A stretch of 64,000 bases of DNA from Candidatus Poribacteria bacterium (GTDB lineage: Bacteria > Poribacteria > WGA-4E > WGA-3G): contig JAJDWA010000040.1 of the NCBI GenBank assembly GCA_022825825.1, positions 10,488 to 74,487 on the forward strand. Direction: 5' to 3'. Every line of letters begins with the position of its first letter. The stretch's first letter is position 1. Shown one piece after another: positions 27,652-37,414 of this stretch. The notes under the pieces are model-generated. The model was not told the origin of the DNA, searched no databases, and worked only from the letters and a program-made list of their open reading frames with translations. The translations under genes and the position numbers were made by a program.

Positions 27652-28884
27652 ATGGAAAAAGTTTTAGGCTTAAAATGCCGCGAATGTGAGCGCGAGTATC
27701 CAAAGGAACCGCTTCATGTTTGCGAGTACTGTTTCGGCCCGTTAGAGGTGAACTATAACTATGAAGTTATACAAAAGTCAATCTCAAGACGTTCAATTGA
27801 ACAGGGCCCAGAAAGTTTATGGAGATATATTGATCTATTGCCAATCGATGGTGAACCGACAGATGGACTCAACTCCGGTTGGACACCCTTAATTCGGGCG
27901 AAAAATCTTGGTGATGCACTCGGTGTCCAGGAAATCTATATTAAAGACGATTCTGTGTGTCATCCAACGTTGTCGTTCAAAGACCGGGTTGTAGCAATCG
28001 CATTGAGTAAATCTAAGGAGTTCGACTTTGACACTGTATCGTGTGCATCCACAGGGAACTTAGCAAATGCTGTTGCGGCGCATGCTGCTGTCGCTAATCT
28101 GAACTGTTACATTTTCATTCCTGCAGACTTGGAATTAGGTAAAGTGGTGGCTTCACTTGTCTACGCACCGACAGTCGTAGGCATTATGGGCAACTATGAC
28201 GATGTGAACCGTCTGTGCAGCGAGATTGCAGGTGTCTACCCGTGGGCATTCGTCAACATCAATATCCGTCCGTACTATGCAGAAGGCTCAAAGACGCTCT
28301 GCTTTGAATTGATTGAACAACTTGGTTGGGAAGCACCCGACCACATCATTGCGCCTGCTGCTGGCGGTTCTCTGATTACAAAGATTGGTAAGGCACTCAA
28401 AGAATTTCATCTGTTAAGTTTAATTGACAAACCGAGGACTAAAATACACGTGGCACAAGCAGAAGGTTGTGGCCCGATTGTTAACACTTACAAAGAAAAT
28501 GGTGATTTTGTCAAACCTGTGAAACCCGACACAATTGCGAAATCCCTTGCAATAGGGAATCCGGCAGACGGGATTTATGCTGTAGATACAGTCAGAAATT
28601 CTGGGGGCGTAGGTGAGCATGCCAACGATGATGAAATCGTTGAAGCGATTAAACTACTTGCAGCAACCGAAGGGATTTTCACAGAGACAGCAGGCGGCGT
28701 AACGCTCGCTGCTACCAAAAAATTAATTGAGAGTGGAGATATTGGTCGTGATGAACGAATTGTGGTAGCAATCACAGGTAACGGCTTCAAAACGATAGAG
28801 GCACTTGAAAATAAAACGGATGAACCGCATATTATCGCGCCACAGCTGAACGCTTTTCGGAAACTAATGGCAAACATTGAATAG
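27652..28884 (+). CDS. thrC: Threonine synthase (with N-terminal Cys4 zinc-ribbon)
   Basis: 410 aa. N-terminal CRECEREY..CEYCFGPL. PLP lysine motif TLSFKDRV. Overall tryptophan-synthase-beta-like fold sequence. Confidence 0.9.
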   Translation: MEKVLGLKCRECEREYPKEPLHVCEYCFGPLEVNYNYEVIQKSISRRSIEQGPESLWRYIDLLPIDGEPTDGLNSGWTPLIRAKNLGDALGVQEIYIKDDSVCHPTLSFKDRVVAIALSKSKEFDFDTVSCASTGNLANAVAAHAAVANLNCYIFIPADLELGKVVASLVYAPTVVGIMGNYDDVNRLCSEIAGVYPWAFVNINIRPYYAEGSKTLCFELIEQLGWEAPDHIIAPAAGGSLITKIGKALKEFHLLSLIDKPRTKIHVAQAEGCGPIVNTYKENGDFVKPVKPDTIAKSLAIGNPADGIYAVDTVRNSGGVGEHANDDEIVEAIKLLAATEGIFTETAGGVTLAATKKLIESGDIGRDERIVVAITGNGFKTIEALENKTDEPHIIAPQLNAFRKLMANIE

Positions 28885-28932
28885 TCATTTTTTGTTGAGG
28901 AGTAGTTGTTACGCATCGCGGAGGATAAAAGT

Positions 28933-29502
28933 ATGACACAATTGGAAACGCACGACCCTTTGCGGGATATATCTATCCCAGAACCTGGCATGATGACGTT
29001 AGAGGAATTTCTTGAGAACGATGTAGAAGGATATGAATATATTAAAGGAGAATTAATTCCTATGGCTGCAGCCTCAAGGAGACATGGCAGAATAAGTATT
29101 AACATCATTCGGTATCTAGATCCACATATCTATGAAAATAAACTGGGAGAGTTGTATCCAGCAAATACATCATTTAAGGTTGGAGAACGTGTGTTAAAAC
29201 CGGATGTTGCGTTTATTGCATCAGAAAGGTTGGATGTAGACGAAGATAAAGGACTGCCGATACCCCCTGACCTCGCAATTGAGGTGGTTTCTCCATCAGA
29301 TATTCATTCCCGTGTCATTGGAAAGGCACTTGCTTATCTGGATGCAGGCACGCGCTGCGTTTGGATTGTTGACCCCGTATCAAAAACCGTGACCGTGTAT
29401 AAATCTGAAACAGACATCAAAACGTTCACACGTGAAGATACACTTACTGGAGAAGATGTAGTTCCGGGTTTCTCCTGCCCGGTTAAACTATTGTTTGAGT
29501 AG
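28933..29502 (+). CDS. Uma2-family (DUF820) endonuclease-like protein, copy 3 (divergent)
   Basis: ORF 28906..29502. ATG at 28933 follows GAGGAT. Motifs ..YEYIKGELIPMAAASRRHGRI.., ..KPDVAFI.., ..PPDLAIEVVSPSD.. Confidence 0.8.
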   Translation: MTQLETHDPLRDISIPEPGMMTLEEFLENDVEGYEYIKGELIPMAAASRRHGRISINIIRYLDPHIYENKLGELYPANTSFKVGERVLKPDVAFIASERLDVDEDKGLPIPPDLAIEVVSPSDIHSRVIGKALAYLDAGTRCVWIVDPVSKTVTVYKSETDIKTFTREDTLTGEDVVPGFSCPVKLLFE

Positions 29503-29513
29503 TGGATAACAAT

Positions 29514-31844
29514 ATGGAAACGTTAAACGGCATTCTTGAACGTATCGTTTTTGAAAATCCTGACACCGGTTGGACTATCGGTAGATTTTCTGCGCGCGGG
29601 CATCCTGAGTTAGTCACAATTGTGGGTAATCTTGCATCTGTTAATCCTGGCGAGAGCCTTCTACTCAACGGTGAATGGGTCCACAATCCAAAATACGGCA
29701 GACAATTTCAGATTGAGCGGTCTGAAACTATCCAACCCGCGAATGTTGTCGGCATAAGAAAATATTTGGGGTCCGGCTTGATAAAAGGGATCGGTCCTAA
29801 GATGGCCTCCCGAATTGTCAGTTTGTTTGGAATGGATACGATAGATGTAATTGAACAGACACCTGAAAAATTAGCAGGAGTTCCCGGAATTGGACGTAAG
29901 CGGGTTAAAATGATCCAACAAGCGTGGGAGGAACAACGCGAAATAAAGAACGTCATGCTTTTTCTGCAATCACATAACGTTAGCACTTCACACGCAGCAA
30001 AAATATACAAAACATACAAAAATGAATCTATTCCGATTGTAACTGAAAATCCTTATCGTCTTGCTGATGATATTTACGGCATCGGGTTTGTCACCGCAGA
30101 TACGATTGCACAAAAACTGGGTATAGATAAGAACGACCCGCATCGGATCCAAGCTGGTATTAAGTACGTCCTCAGCCAAAAGGCGGATGACGGACATGTC
30201 TTTCAACATCCCGATGAATTGATAGAAGCATGTGAAAACATCCTTGAACAGGAGACACGAACAATTGAGATGGGTGTTCTCGCGTTGACTCAAAAAGAGG
30301 AAATCGTCCTATCAAAAGAAGATGGATCGGCTGAAATAGTTGCGGAGCAAAGCGAAATTACGGGTTGGCTTAATAGCAGCTCTAAAGGCACAGTAACGGA
30401 GGAACATAGCGAATATATCGAAGTTTGCGATGAAACAGAGGAACTTTCTGAAAAGCAACAGCCTAAGCACACATCCACTACGCTTGAAAACAGTGCTGTT
30501 TATCTTGCGCCGTTTTACTATGCTGAAATGGGTGTGGCAAACCAGTTTTTGAGGTTGCTTTCAAATGGAAAGCAAAATGCCAGTTCATTGGATATAGATA
30601 CATCGTTGAGCAGATTAGAAAGTGAGATGGACATCCAATTTGCGCCACAGCAACGTGAGGCAATTCGGACTGCCCTCACTGAACGGGCAATGATTCTTAC
30701 AGGTGGTCCAGGCACTGGTAAAACAACAACGACAGTCGGCATGATTCGACTGTTTGAGGCAGAAGGGCGGCGGATCGTTTTGGCAGCGCCGACCGGACGT
30801 GCTGCAAAACGCCTCAGCGAAACAACAGATAGAGAAGCAAAAACGGTCCATCGGCTACTTGAATTTTCTTTCCAAGAAAACGGATTCAAACGCAATCGTG
30901 AAAACCCATTAGAAGCGGATGTCGTAATTGTGGACGAAATGTCAATGGTGGAACTTGTCCTAATGAACCGATTGATGCAAGCAATTCCTCTGACTGCTAC
31001 CGTTATCCTTATTGGTGATACTGACCAACTGCCATCTGTCGGTGCTGGCAACGTATTAAAATCGCTTATCGATTCACAAAAGATTCCTGTTGTGAGACTC
31101 ACAGAGATTTTCCGCCAAGCACAAGAGAGCATGATTGTTACTAACGCACATCGGATTAACAGCGGAGAATTTCCGATACTTTCCGGGCCAAAGGATCGAG
31201 ATTTCTTTTTTCTTGAGGCGGAAGAACCCGAATTAGCAGCCCAACAGATTACTTCCTTGATTGCGGAACGGCTACCTCGTCACTATAACTATCATCCCAT
31301 AGATGACATTCAGCTGCTATGTCCGATGCGGCGCGGCACGCTTGGTGCTGAAGACCTTAACAAATGTTTACAGGATGTGCTTAACCCGAACGCAGAACAA
31401 GCCGTCCGGGGTTGGCAAACGTTTCGTATTGGCGATAAGGTTATGCAGATCCGTAATAACTACGATTATGATGTATACAATGGAGATATTGGTAGAATTG
31501 TCAGCATTGATCAAATAGACAAGACGGTGACGGTTCGATTTTCCGAAAAACTTGTCGCTTATGATATGGCAGACCTGAACGAATTGGTTTTAGCATACGC
31601 CACCACTATCCACAAAGCACAAGGCAGCGAGTATCCCGCAGTTGTGATACCTTTACACACGCAACACTATATCATGTTACAACGAAATCTGCTTTACACA
31701 GGCATCACTCGTGCGAAGGAACGGGTGGTGATTGTTGGCACTAAACAAGCGCTCGGCATCTGTATAGATAATACGCAGGTGATGGAACGCAACAGTTATC
31801 TTGCTGAACGTCTTCAAAATGCTGGAAGCGAGTTTCTCCAATGA
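29514..31844 (+). CDS. recD2: RecD2-type SF1B ATP-dependent DNA helicase
   Basis: The ORF track starts at GTG 29502; the first ATG is 29514 (METLNGILERIVFENPDTGWTIGRF.., the typical RecD2 N-terminus). Walker A GGPGTGKTT, Walker B VIVDEMSMV, C-terminal ..YATTIHKAQGSEY.. Confidence 0.9.
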   Translation: METLNGILERIVFENPDTGWTIGRFSARGHPELVTIVGNLASVNPGESLLLNGEWVHNPKYGRQFQIERSETIQPANVVGIRKYLGSGLIKGIGPKMASRIVSLFGMDTIDVIEQTPEKLAGVPGIGRKRVKMIQQAWEEQREIKNVMLFLQSHNVSTSHAAKIYKTYKNESIPIVTENPYRLADDIYGIGFVTADTIAQKLGIDKNDPHRIQAGIKYVLSQKADDGHVFQHPDELIEACENILEQETRTIEMGVLALTQKEEIVLSKEDGSAEIVAEQSEITGWLNSSSKGTVTEEHSEYIEVCDETEELSEKQQPKHTSTTLENSAVYLAPFYYAEMGVANQFLRLLSNGKQNASSLDIDTSLSRLESEMDIQFAPQQREAIRTALTERAMILTGGPGTGKTTTTVGMIRLFEAEGRRIVLAAPTGRAAKRLSETTDREAKTVHRLLEFSFQENGFKRNRENPLEADVVIVDEMSMVELVLMNRLMQAIPLTATVILIGDTDQLPSVGAGNVLKSLIDSQKIPVVRLTEIFRQAQESMIVTNAHRINSGEFPILSGPKDRDFFFLEAEEPELAAQQITSLIAERLPRHYNYHPIDDIQLLCPMRRGTLGAEDLNKCLQDVLNPNAEQAVRGWQTFRIGDKVMQIRNNYDYDVYNGDIGRIVSIDQIDKTVTVRFSEKLVAYDMADLNELVLAYATTIHKAQGSEYPAVVIPLHTQHYIMLQRNLLYTGITRAKERVVIVGTKQALGICIDNTQVMERNSYLAERLQNAGSEFLQ

Positions 31845-31934
31845 CGCTTTAGACGCATTGGAGTCATTAAATAAATAGGATATCTTATTATATTCTGAAA
31901 TTTCGAATTTCAATTCAACTTAGAAGGAGAAAAT

Positions 31935-33476
31935 ATGAAAGTTACTGTTATTGTTCTTATTAGTTCTCTGTTATTCTTCTCTCAAACTTTTTCGTTTGCG
32001 GAAGTTAAACTGCCGCGAGTTTTCGGCAACAACATGGTTTTACAGCGGGATATGCCTGTTCCAATTTGGGGATGGGCAGTAGCAGGTGAAGAAATCTCTG
32101 TTACTCTTAGCAAACAAGATGCGGATGCCAATGTTGTTCATACAGAAACAGTAAAAGCGGATGAGAAAGGCAATTGGCAAGTTAAGTTGCCTGCAACAGC
32201 GGTAGGCGGCCCCTATACACTAAAGGTTGTCGGCGGTAACACCGTTGAACTTACAAATATCCTTTTTGGTGAAGTGTGGGTATGTTCTGGACAGTCAAAT
32301 ATGGGATGGACAGTAAATGCTTCGAAAAACCCGGCCGAGGAGATCGCTGCAGCAAACTATCCGATGATTCGGCTGTTTCACATACCAAATAAATCTTCCG
32401 GTTTGCCAGCACCTGATGTGAACGCACAATGGCGTCCGACTGCTCCAGAGACTGTTAGGCATTTCTCTGCTGTGGCATACTATTTCGGCAGGCATCTTCA
32501 CAAAGAACTTGATGTGCCGATTGGGTTGATTAACACCTCATGGGGTGGGACCCGTATTGAACCGTGGACACCCCCTGAAGGGTTCGCGTCTGTACCAGCA
32601 CTTGCATCAATATCTAAGGAAATTCAAGATATTAACGAAAACTATCGTGAGCAACTTCCTCAGAAACTACAAGAAATTGAAACGTGGATAGCAAAGACGC
32701 GAAAGGCATTGGAAAGTAACGATGTCATTTTCGAGATGCCCGAAAATGAACACGCTTTAAACCCGCATCAGAGACCGACAGCACTTTACAACAGCATGGT
32801 TTATCCAATTGTACCTATTGCCATTCGCGGCGCACTATGGTATCAAGGTGAGTCGAACATGCGTGAAGGCATGATGTATCATGAGAAGATGAAAGCACTC
32901 ATCCATGGCTGGCGCGAAGTGTGGGGACAAGGTGATTTCCCGTTTTATTTTGTCCAGTTGGCTCCGTGGGGAGGCTATGATAGGAATGACCCGACTCATC
33001 TGCCGAAAATATGGGAAGCGCAAACTGCTACGTTAGCGTTACCAAATACTGGCATGGTGGTAACAACCGACATTGGCAACGTCAGAGATATTCATCCTAA
33101 AAATAAGCAGGACGTTGGATTGCGACTTGCCTTATGGGCACTCGCTAAAACGTATGGTCAAGACGATCTTGTCTGTTCTGGTCCCCTCTACAAATCAATG
33201 GAAGTTGAAGGCAACACAATTCGTATCAGCTTTGACCATGTAGGTAGCGGTTTGGTGTCACGAGATGATGAACCACTGACATGGTTTCAAATTGCGGGTG
33301 AAGATAAGCAGTTTGTTGATGCAATTGCAGTGGTTGATGGCGGGACGGTGGTTGTATCAAGTGATTCGGTTGAGTCGCCTGTTGCTGTGCGATTAGGTTG
33401 GCATCAAACTGCGGAGCCGAATCTGATGAATAAGGAAGGATTACCCGTTTCGCCATTCCGTACGGATTCGTGGTAA
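31935..33476 (+). CDS. Sialate O-acetylesterase (SASA/DUF303 SGNH-like) family, secreted
   Basis: 513 aa with a signal peptide. ..LPRVFGNNMVLQRD..IWGWA..G..I.V.. and the nucleophile motif VWVCSGQSNMGW are typical of this family. Confidence 0.8.
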   Translation: MKVTVIVLISSLLFFSQTFSFAEVKLPRVFGNNMVLQRDMPVPIWGWAVAGEEISVTLSKQDADANVVHTETVKADEKGNWQVKLPATAVGGPYTLKVVGGNTVELTNILFGEVWVCSGQSNMGWTVNASKNPAEEIAAANYPMIRLFHIPNKSSGLPAPDVNAQWRPTAPETVRHFSAVAYYFGRHLHKELDVPIGLINTSWGGTRIEPWTPPEGFASVPALASISKEIQDINENYREQLPQKLQEIETWIAKTRKALESNDVIFEMPENEHALNPHQRPTALYNSMVYPIVPIAIRGALWYQGESNMREGMMYHEKMKALIHGWREVWGQGDFPFYFVQLAPWGGYDRNDPTHLPKIWEAQTATLALPNTGMVVTTDIGNVRDIHPKNKQDVGLRLALWALAKTYGQDDLVCSGPLYKSMEVEGNTIRISFDHVGSGLVSRDDEPLTWFQIAGEDKQFVDAIAVVDGGTVVVSSDSVESPVAVRLGWHQTAEPNLMNKEGLPVSPFRTDSW

Positions 33477-33570
33477 TATGGTCAACCTATAATTAATGGG
33501 ACACTTCTGTAGCGCAAACTATTAGTTTACGTCTCATCTGCACAGACTAATGCTTAGTCAAGTGTTAATT

Positions 33571-33626
33571 GATGGGTCTTAAATGTAGTCGGGAATCGGA
33601 GTTCCCTCCTACATTTAAGACCCATC
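33571..33626. repeat. Perfect 18-bp-stem hairpin
   Basis: gatgggtcttaaatgtag (33571-33588) and ctacatttaagacccatc (33609-33626) are exact reverse complements. It is nested within a looser inverted repeat, gcgcaaactattag (~33513) / ctaatagtttgtgc (~33688). Confidence 0.85.
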
Positions 33627-33774
33627 TTCTGTAGGAGCGATCTCCGAATCGCGACCTCTACCCGTAAAATTTCGGTAGACACAACACTAATAGTTTGTGC
33701 CACCTTGATGGAAATCGCCAAAGCTTGCCCACATAGATCGCGTTGTGTTGGAAAAAAGAAAGGAGTAAAATAGA

Positions 33775-34479
33775 ATGAGTGCATACCTATTTAAACAAGA
33801 ACACTTACGGGTTTATACGGGCATCTTAACCAGTCATAATAAAAACGGTGGAAATTTCAAAATGGCGTTAAAAGTAGAGGATAATCCTGTCCTTGAAAAG
33901 TCAAGTGAAAATATTGAATCCAGTATAGAATTAGAATTTTATTACGATTGGCGTTTTTCAACACTGTTTTTCCATGATATGAAATCATGCCCAAATCGAA
34001 GTGGAAATTGTCCCGAATGCAAAAATATTGAAGATACATACTACAAATTTACAGCAAACCTTGATCGTTTACAAATTGGTGATACATTTAGCATCAAGGC
34101 TGCGCTGGTTAACAATAGACAGAGCGAACTTCCAGTAAAAATCCATTTTGGAGCCTATGAACGTATTATAGTTGCATGTGTAGACGATCAGCTTAGATTG
34201 AATGATACAACAGAAGGCATCAAGAAAAAAATGGAAATTGAAGAACAGAGATTGCAACGGGAACAAGATGAAAAATCGAATGAGGAACAAGCACGGAAAG
34301 ATACCAGACGAAGAAAAAGAAAAGAGAGCATTCAGAAATTTTTGGGGAAACGTCCGAATCTCAACCAAATCATTGTTTCAGCAATAGGTGGTGTGATTGC
34401 TGGTATTATTCTTACTACTATTGTCAATCCGATACCGCGTCTGTTTCGATATATATACCATTTCCTTTTTCCAAATTAG
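33775..34479 (+). CDS. Hypothetical protein with Lys/Arg/Glu-rich helix and C-terminal TM anchor
   Basis: 234 aa with an AAAGGAG RBS 9 nt upstream. Visibly AT-rich coding sequence. CPNRSGNCPECKN is the only Cys cluster. The C-terminal IIVSAIGGVIAGIILTTIV is a TM segment. Confidence 0.5.
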   Translation: MSAYLFKQEHLRVYTGILTSHNKNGGNFKMALKVEDNPVLEKSSENIESSIELEFYYDWRFSTLFFHDMKSCPNRSGNCPECKNIEDTYYKFTANLDRLQIGDTFSIKAALVNNRQSELPVKIHFGAYERIIVACVDDQLRLNDTTEGIKKKMEIEEQRLQREQDEKSNEEQARKDTRRRKRKESIQKFLGKRPNLNQIIVSAIGGVIAGIILTTIVNPIPRLFRYIYHFLFPN

Positions 34480-34623
34480 GAACGTGACATTCAAAATAGC
34501 ATACAGAAACTGAAAAACGCAGCGGGGAACCCTGCAATAATTGACTTGGAAAGTAACTATTGATCCCGGACTCGCAAAAGTCAGGACACAACGCACATAA
34601 CGCCCCTAAACAGACGAAACGAT

Positions 34624-34938
34624 TTGATATATTTTTCTGGATTTATTTCGAACACACCTTGGGGTTCTTTACATGTCCCTGTCCTAGCTTACATTGGAAC
34701 TGCATCACTTATATTGTCTCTAATCATAAATATATATTCATTTCCCGTTTCACAGAAATCATTAGAACTAGTCCGAGAGCTTACACATAAAATGTACGAT
34801 GAAAACGATATTATATACTTGGATGAAATAGAAAATATAGATAAAAAATTATACAGACTATCGATTCTATTAAGATTGTTTCTTACCGTCGGTATTGTAA
34901 TCTGTCCTATTTCTTATATTGTTGAAAAAATTTATTGA
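34624..34938 (+). CDS. Possible small 2-TM membrane protein (weak call)
   Basis: 104-codon ORF, but it has a TTG start and no RBS, and it competes with the overlapping ORF 34560..34790. Very AT-rich. Confidence 0.25.
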   Translation: MIYFSGFISNTPWGSLHVPVLAYIGTASLILSLIINIYSFPVSQKSLELVRELTHKMYDENDIIYLDEIENIDKKLYRLSILLRLFLTVGIVICPISYIVEKIY

Positions 34939-34957
34939 TCAAAGGAGGTGACACAAA

Positions 34958-35152
34958 ATGGCTAAAGAGAGAAAGTCAACCCAACAATCCAGTAAAAAAG
35001 TTAACCGACAAAGAATAAACAAATCATGGGATACGCCCTCCCGTCCAATAACGCCAACCCCTGCTGGCCCTGTTCCCCCTGATACACCGTCACAACCTGC
35101 ACCAAAACCTACGGATACACCGGCGAAATCACAATCCCACGAAAAAAAATAG
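34958..35152 (+). CDS. Small basic, Pro/Thr-rich protein
   Basis: 64 aa. Strong RBS AAAGGAGGTG 8 nt upstream of the ATG. Low-complexity sequence (..PITPTPAGPVPPDTPSQPAPKPTDTP..). Confidence 0.45.
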   Translation: MAKERKSTQQSSKKVNRQRINKSWDTPSRPITPTPAGPVPPDTPSQPAPKPTDTPAKSQSHEKK

Positions 35153-35176
35153 TAATATTTTGGTAAGCAGGCATAA

Positions 35177-35207
35177 GGCACGTCTCATTCATTGCGGACG
35201 TGCCTAC
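35177..35207 (-). repeat. GTAGG-anchored hairpin (REP-like)
   Basis: ggcacgtc-tcattcattgcg-gacgtgcc followed by tac. On the reverse strand this reads GTAGGCACGTC..GACGTGCC. Confidence 0.5.
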
Positions 35208-35287
35208 TCGCCTGCAATTCCCCACTTGACACAATCCACGCCCCATGCTATCCTTATCAAAAAAAAAACACAACATGGAAAACACCA

Positions 35288-37009
35288 ATGACACAAAACT
35301 TTCCCGACAACGCACTATACGAAATGGACAATCTCGAGGTGCTACGCGGCATGAACAGCGACACCGTAGACCTCATCGCAACCGATCCCCCCTTCAACAT
35401 CAAACGCAACCGCAGCGGCACCGCCGGTCATTATGTAGATAACTGGAAATGGGGAGACACCGGCATATTACCAGACCAGTGGAAATGGAATGAAGTACAT
35501 CCCAAATGGCTTGAAGAAATCAAAGACAACCACGCCGAACTATACCACGCCATAGACGCTGCCAAGCATTGTCAAGGCGAGGACACGGCAGCATTCTTGT
35601 GTTTTCTCAGTGTCAGACTCATTGAAATGCATCGTATCCTAAAAGAGACGGGTAGCATCTATTTGCATTGTGACCCCACCGCAAGCCACTATATCAAAAT
35701 GTGTTTGGATGCAATCTTTGGTAGGAAAAACTTTAAAAACGAAATCGTATGGCGCAGATCTGTTGCTCACAATGATCCGAAGAAATATGGCAATAACTCA
35801 GATAGATTGTTGTATTACTCAGGAGGTAGAAAGATAACTTGGAATGGATCTACCATCGCTGTTCCGAAAACTCCAGAAGAAATTGATAAGGCGTATCCGC
35901 TCCAAGACGAGCGAGGTAAGTACAGATCGGATAACTTGACAGGTCCATCTCACGGTTATAGTGGCGGGGAGAGTTCACAACCTTGGTCGGGGTATGATGT
36001 AAGAGCTAAGGGTCGTGTTTGGTCAGCCCCGTTAACAGGGAATTACGCCAAATGGATTGAAGACAATCTCATTCCGAACTATAGATCTATAAAAGGGGTT
36101 CATGATAGATTAGATATTCTTGATTCTGTAGGATTAATTCACCATCCGAAAAAAGGGCGTTCTGGATGGCCTGGGCTTAAGCGGTATGCTGAAGCAGACT
36201 CTGGCAATCCTGTTCAATCTCTATTCATGGATATTTCTGGTTTCACAAATTATAACAAAGGAGATGAATGGACAGGCTCCCCCGATCAAAAACCGCTTGC
36301 CCTCTATGAACGCATTATCAAAGCCTCGTCAAACGAAGGCGATCTTGTCCTGGACCCGTTCTGCGGATGTGCCACTACGATTATTGCAGCAGACAATCTC
36401 AAACGCCGCTGGGTCGGCATAGACAGACGCGTAGATGCTCGCTACCACATCATAACACGCCTCATGGGCATAGACAAAAAAGAACGCGAACGGATAGAGA
36501 AATTCGCCACAGATAAAGACTGGTTGGATAGACAAACAGCGAAATATGAAATCCACTATCAAGTCGAGCCGCCCATCCGCACTGATGACAAAACTGACCA
36601 AGACAATGTCCCTGAGTTATCCCATGTCTATCAGCACCATCTCGAACCGCTGCACAGCCATGCCGAGATGCACCAATTCCTTGTAGATCAATTCGGATTG
36701 AAATGTTGGGGATGCAACTTTGTCCCACCCGATAAACGCTATTTACACCTTGACCATATCATCCCGAAAAGCGATGGCGGCACCAATGACATAGACAATC
36801 GCGCGCTCTTATGCCAACCGTGCAATAGCAAAAAATCTAATACGATGAGTCTCACGTCGCTACGCAGACAAAACAAAAAGGATGGGTATATTCAACCGGG
36901 CGAAGCGATAGACCTCCAAGCTGCTTTAGCGTGGACGCGAGCCCTTTTGGTCCAAACACTCCGCGAAACACCCTATCAAGGACCACTACCGCTTGAAAGT
37001 GAGGGATAG
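35288..37009 (+). CDS. Beta-class N6A/N4C DNA methyltransferase fused to a C-terminal HNH endonuclease domain
   Basis: The ORF track gives 35192..37009; ATG at 35288 (MTQNFPDNALYEMDNLEVL..) fits the family N-terminus. Motif IV DLIATDPPFN comes before motif I LVLDPFCGCATT (beta-class order), with ..DQKPLALYERIIKASS.. The C-terminus KCWGCN..HLDHIIPKSDGGTNDIDNRALLCQPCNSKKSN is a complete CxxC..HxxH..N..CxxC HNH finger. Confidence 0.85.
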   Translation: MTQNFPDNALYEMDNLEVLRGMNSDTVDLIATDPPFNIKRNRSGTAGHYVDNWKWGDTGILPDQWKWNEVHPKWLEEIKDNHAELYHAIDAAKHCQGEDTAAFLCFLSVRLIEMHRILKETGSIYLHCDPTASHYIKMCLDAIFGRKNFKNEIVWRRSVAHNDPKKYGNNSDRLLYYSGGRKITWNGSTIAVPKTPEEIDKAYPLQDERGKYRSDNLTGPSHGYSGGESSQPWSGYDVRAKGRVWSAPLTGNYAKWIEDNLIPNYRSIKGVHDRLDILDSVGLIHHPKKGRSGWPGLKRYAEADSGNPVQSLFMDISGFTNYNKGDEWTGSPDQKPLALYERIIKASSNEGDLVLDPFCGCATTIIAADNLKRRWVGIDRRVDARYHIITRLMGIDKKERERIEKFATDKDWLDRQTAKYEIHYQVEPPIRTDDKTDQDNVPELSHVYQHHLEPLHSHAEMHQFLVDQFGLKCWGCNFVPPDKRYLHLDHIIPKSDGGTNDIDNRALLCQPCNSKKSNTMSLTSLRRQNKKDGYIQPGEAIDLQAALAWTRALLVQTLRETPYQGPLPLESEG

Positions 37010-37359
37010 CATACCGTTGCGTATAAACGTATACTTTTGGACACATAACGTAAGTTTGATAATCATATTTTTGTACTTGGTAATGATTTAGAAAAGGGCA
37101 AATTGGGCAAGTCTATGATAGTCTGAAGACAAGCAGATGCTAATGGTTGGTAAAAGGTTGTTTTATCCAAGAAAGAAATCTGCATTAGAAGGGCTTTAGC
37201 GATTTTTGTTTCCGACTTCCTACTAACCTTTTTTATTTTCATCTCTAATTAGAGAACAGGCTAATTTAAAAGATACTATTCCAAACAAAACAGCAAGAAT
37301 GATGTATATTGCCACATCAATAATAATACCATTTCTATATGATAATAGGACATTATTTC

Positions 37360-37392
37360 GTAGGTCGGGTAGAAGCGGTAGCGAAACCCGAC
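37360..37392 (+). repeat. GTAGG-anchored hairpin (REP-like), sibling of 9341-9371
   Basis: gtaggtcgggt-agaagcggtagcga-aacccgac, immediately downstream of the PD40 gene stop. Confidence 0.6.
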
Positions 37393-37414
37393 TTTTTACA
37401 CCGTAATGATGTCA

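Noticed and set aside
37195-37350. Minus-strand reading frame encoding a hydrophobic peptide (..GIIIDVAIYIILAVLFGIVSFKLACSLIRDENKKG*) reminiscent of type I toxins
   Set aside because: There is no ATG/GTG/TTG start in frame after the upstream stop, and no RBS. The region is very AT-rich, where such frames arise by chance.
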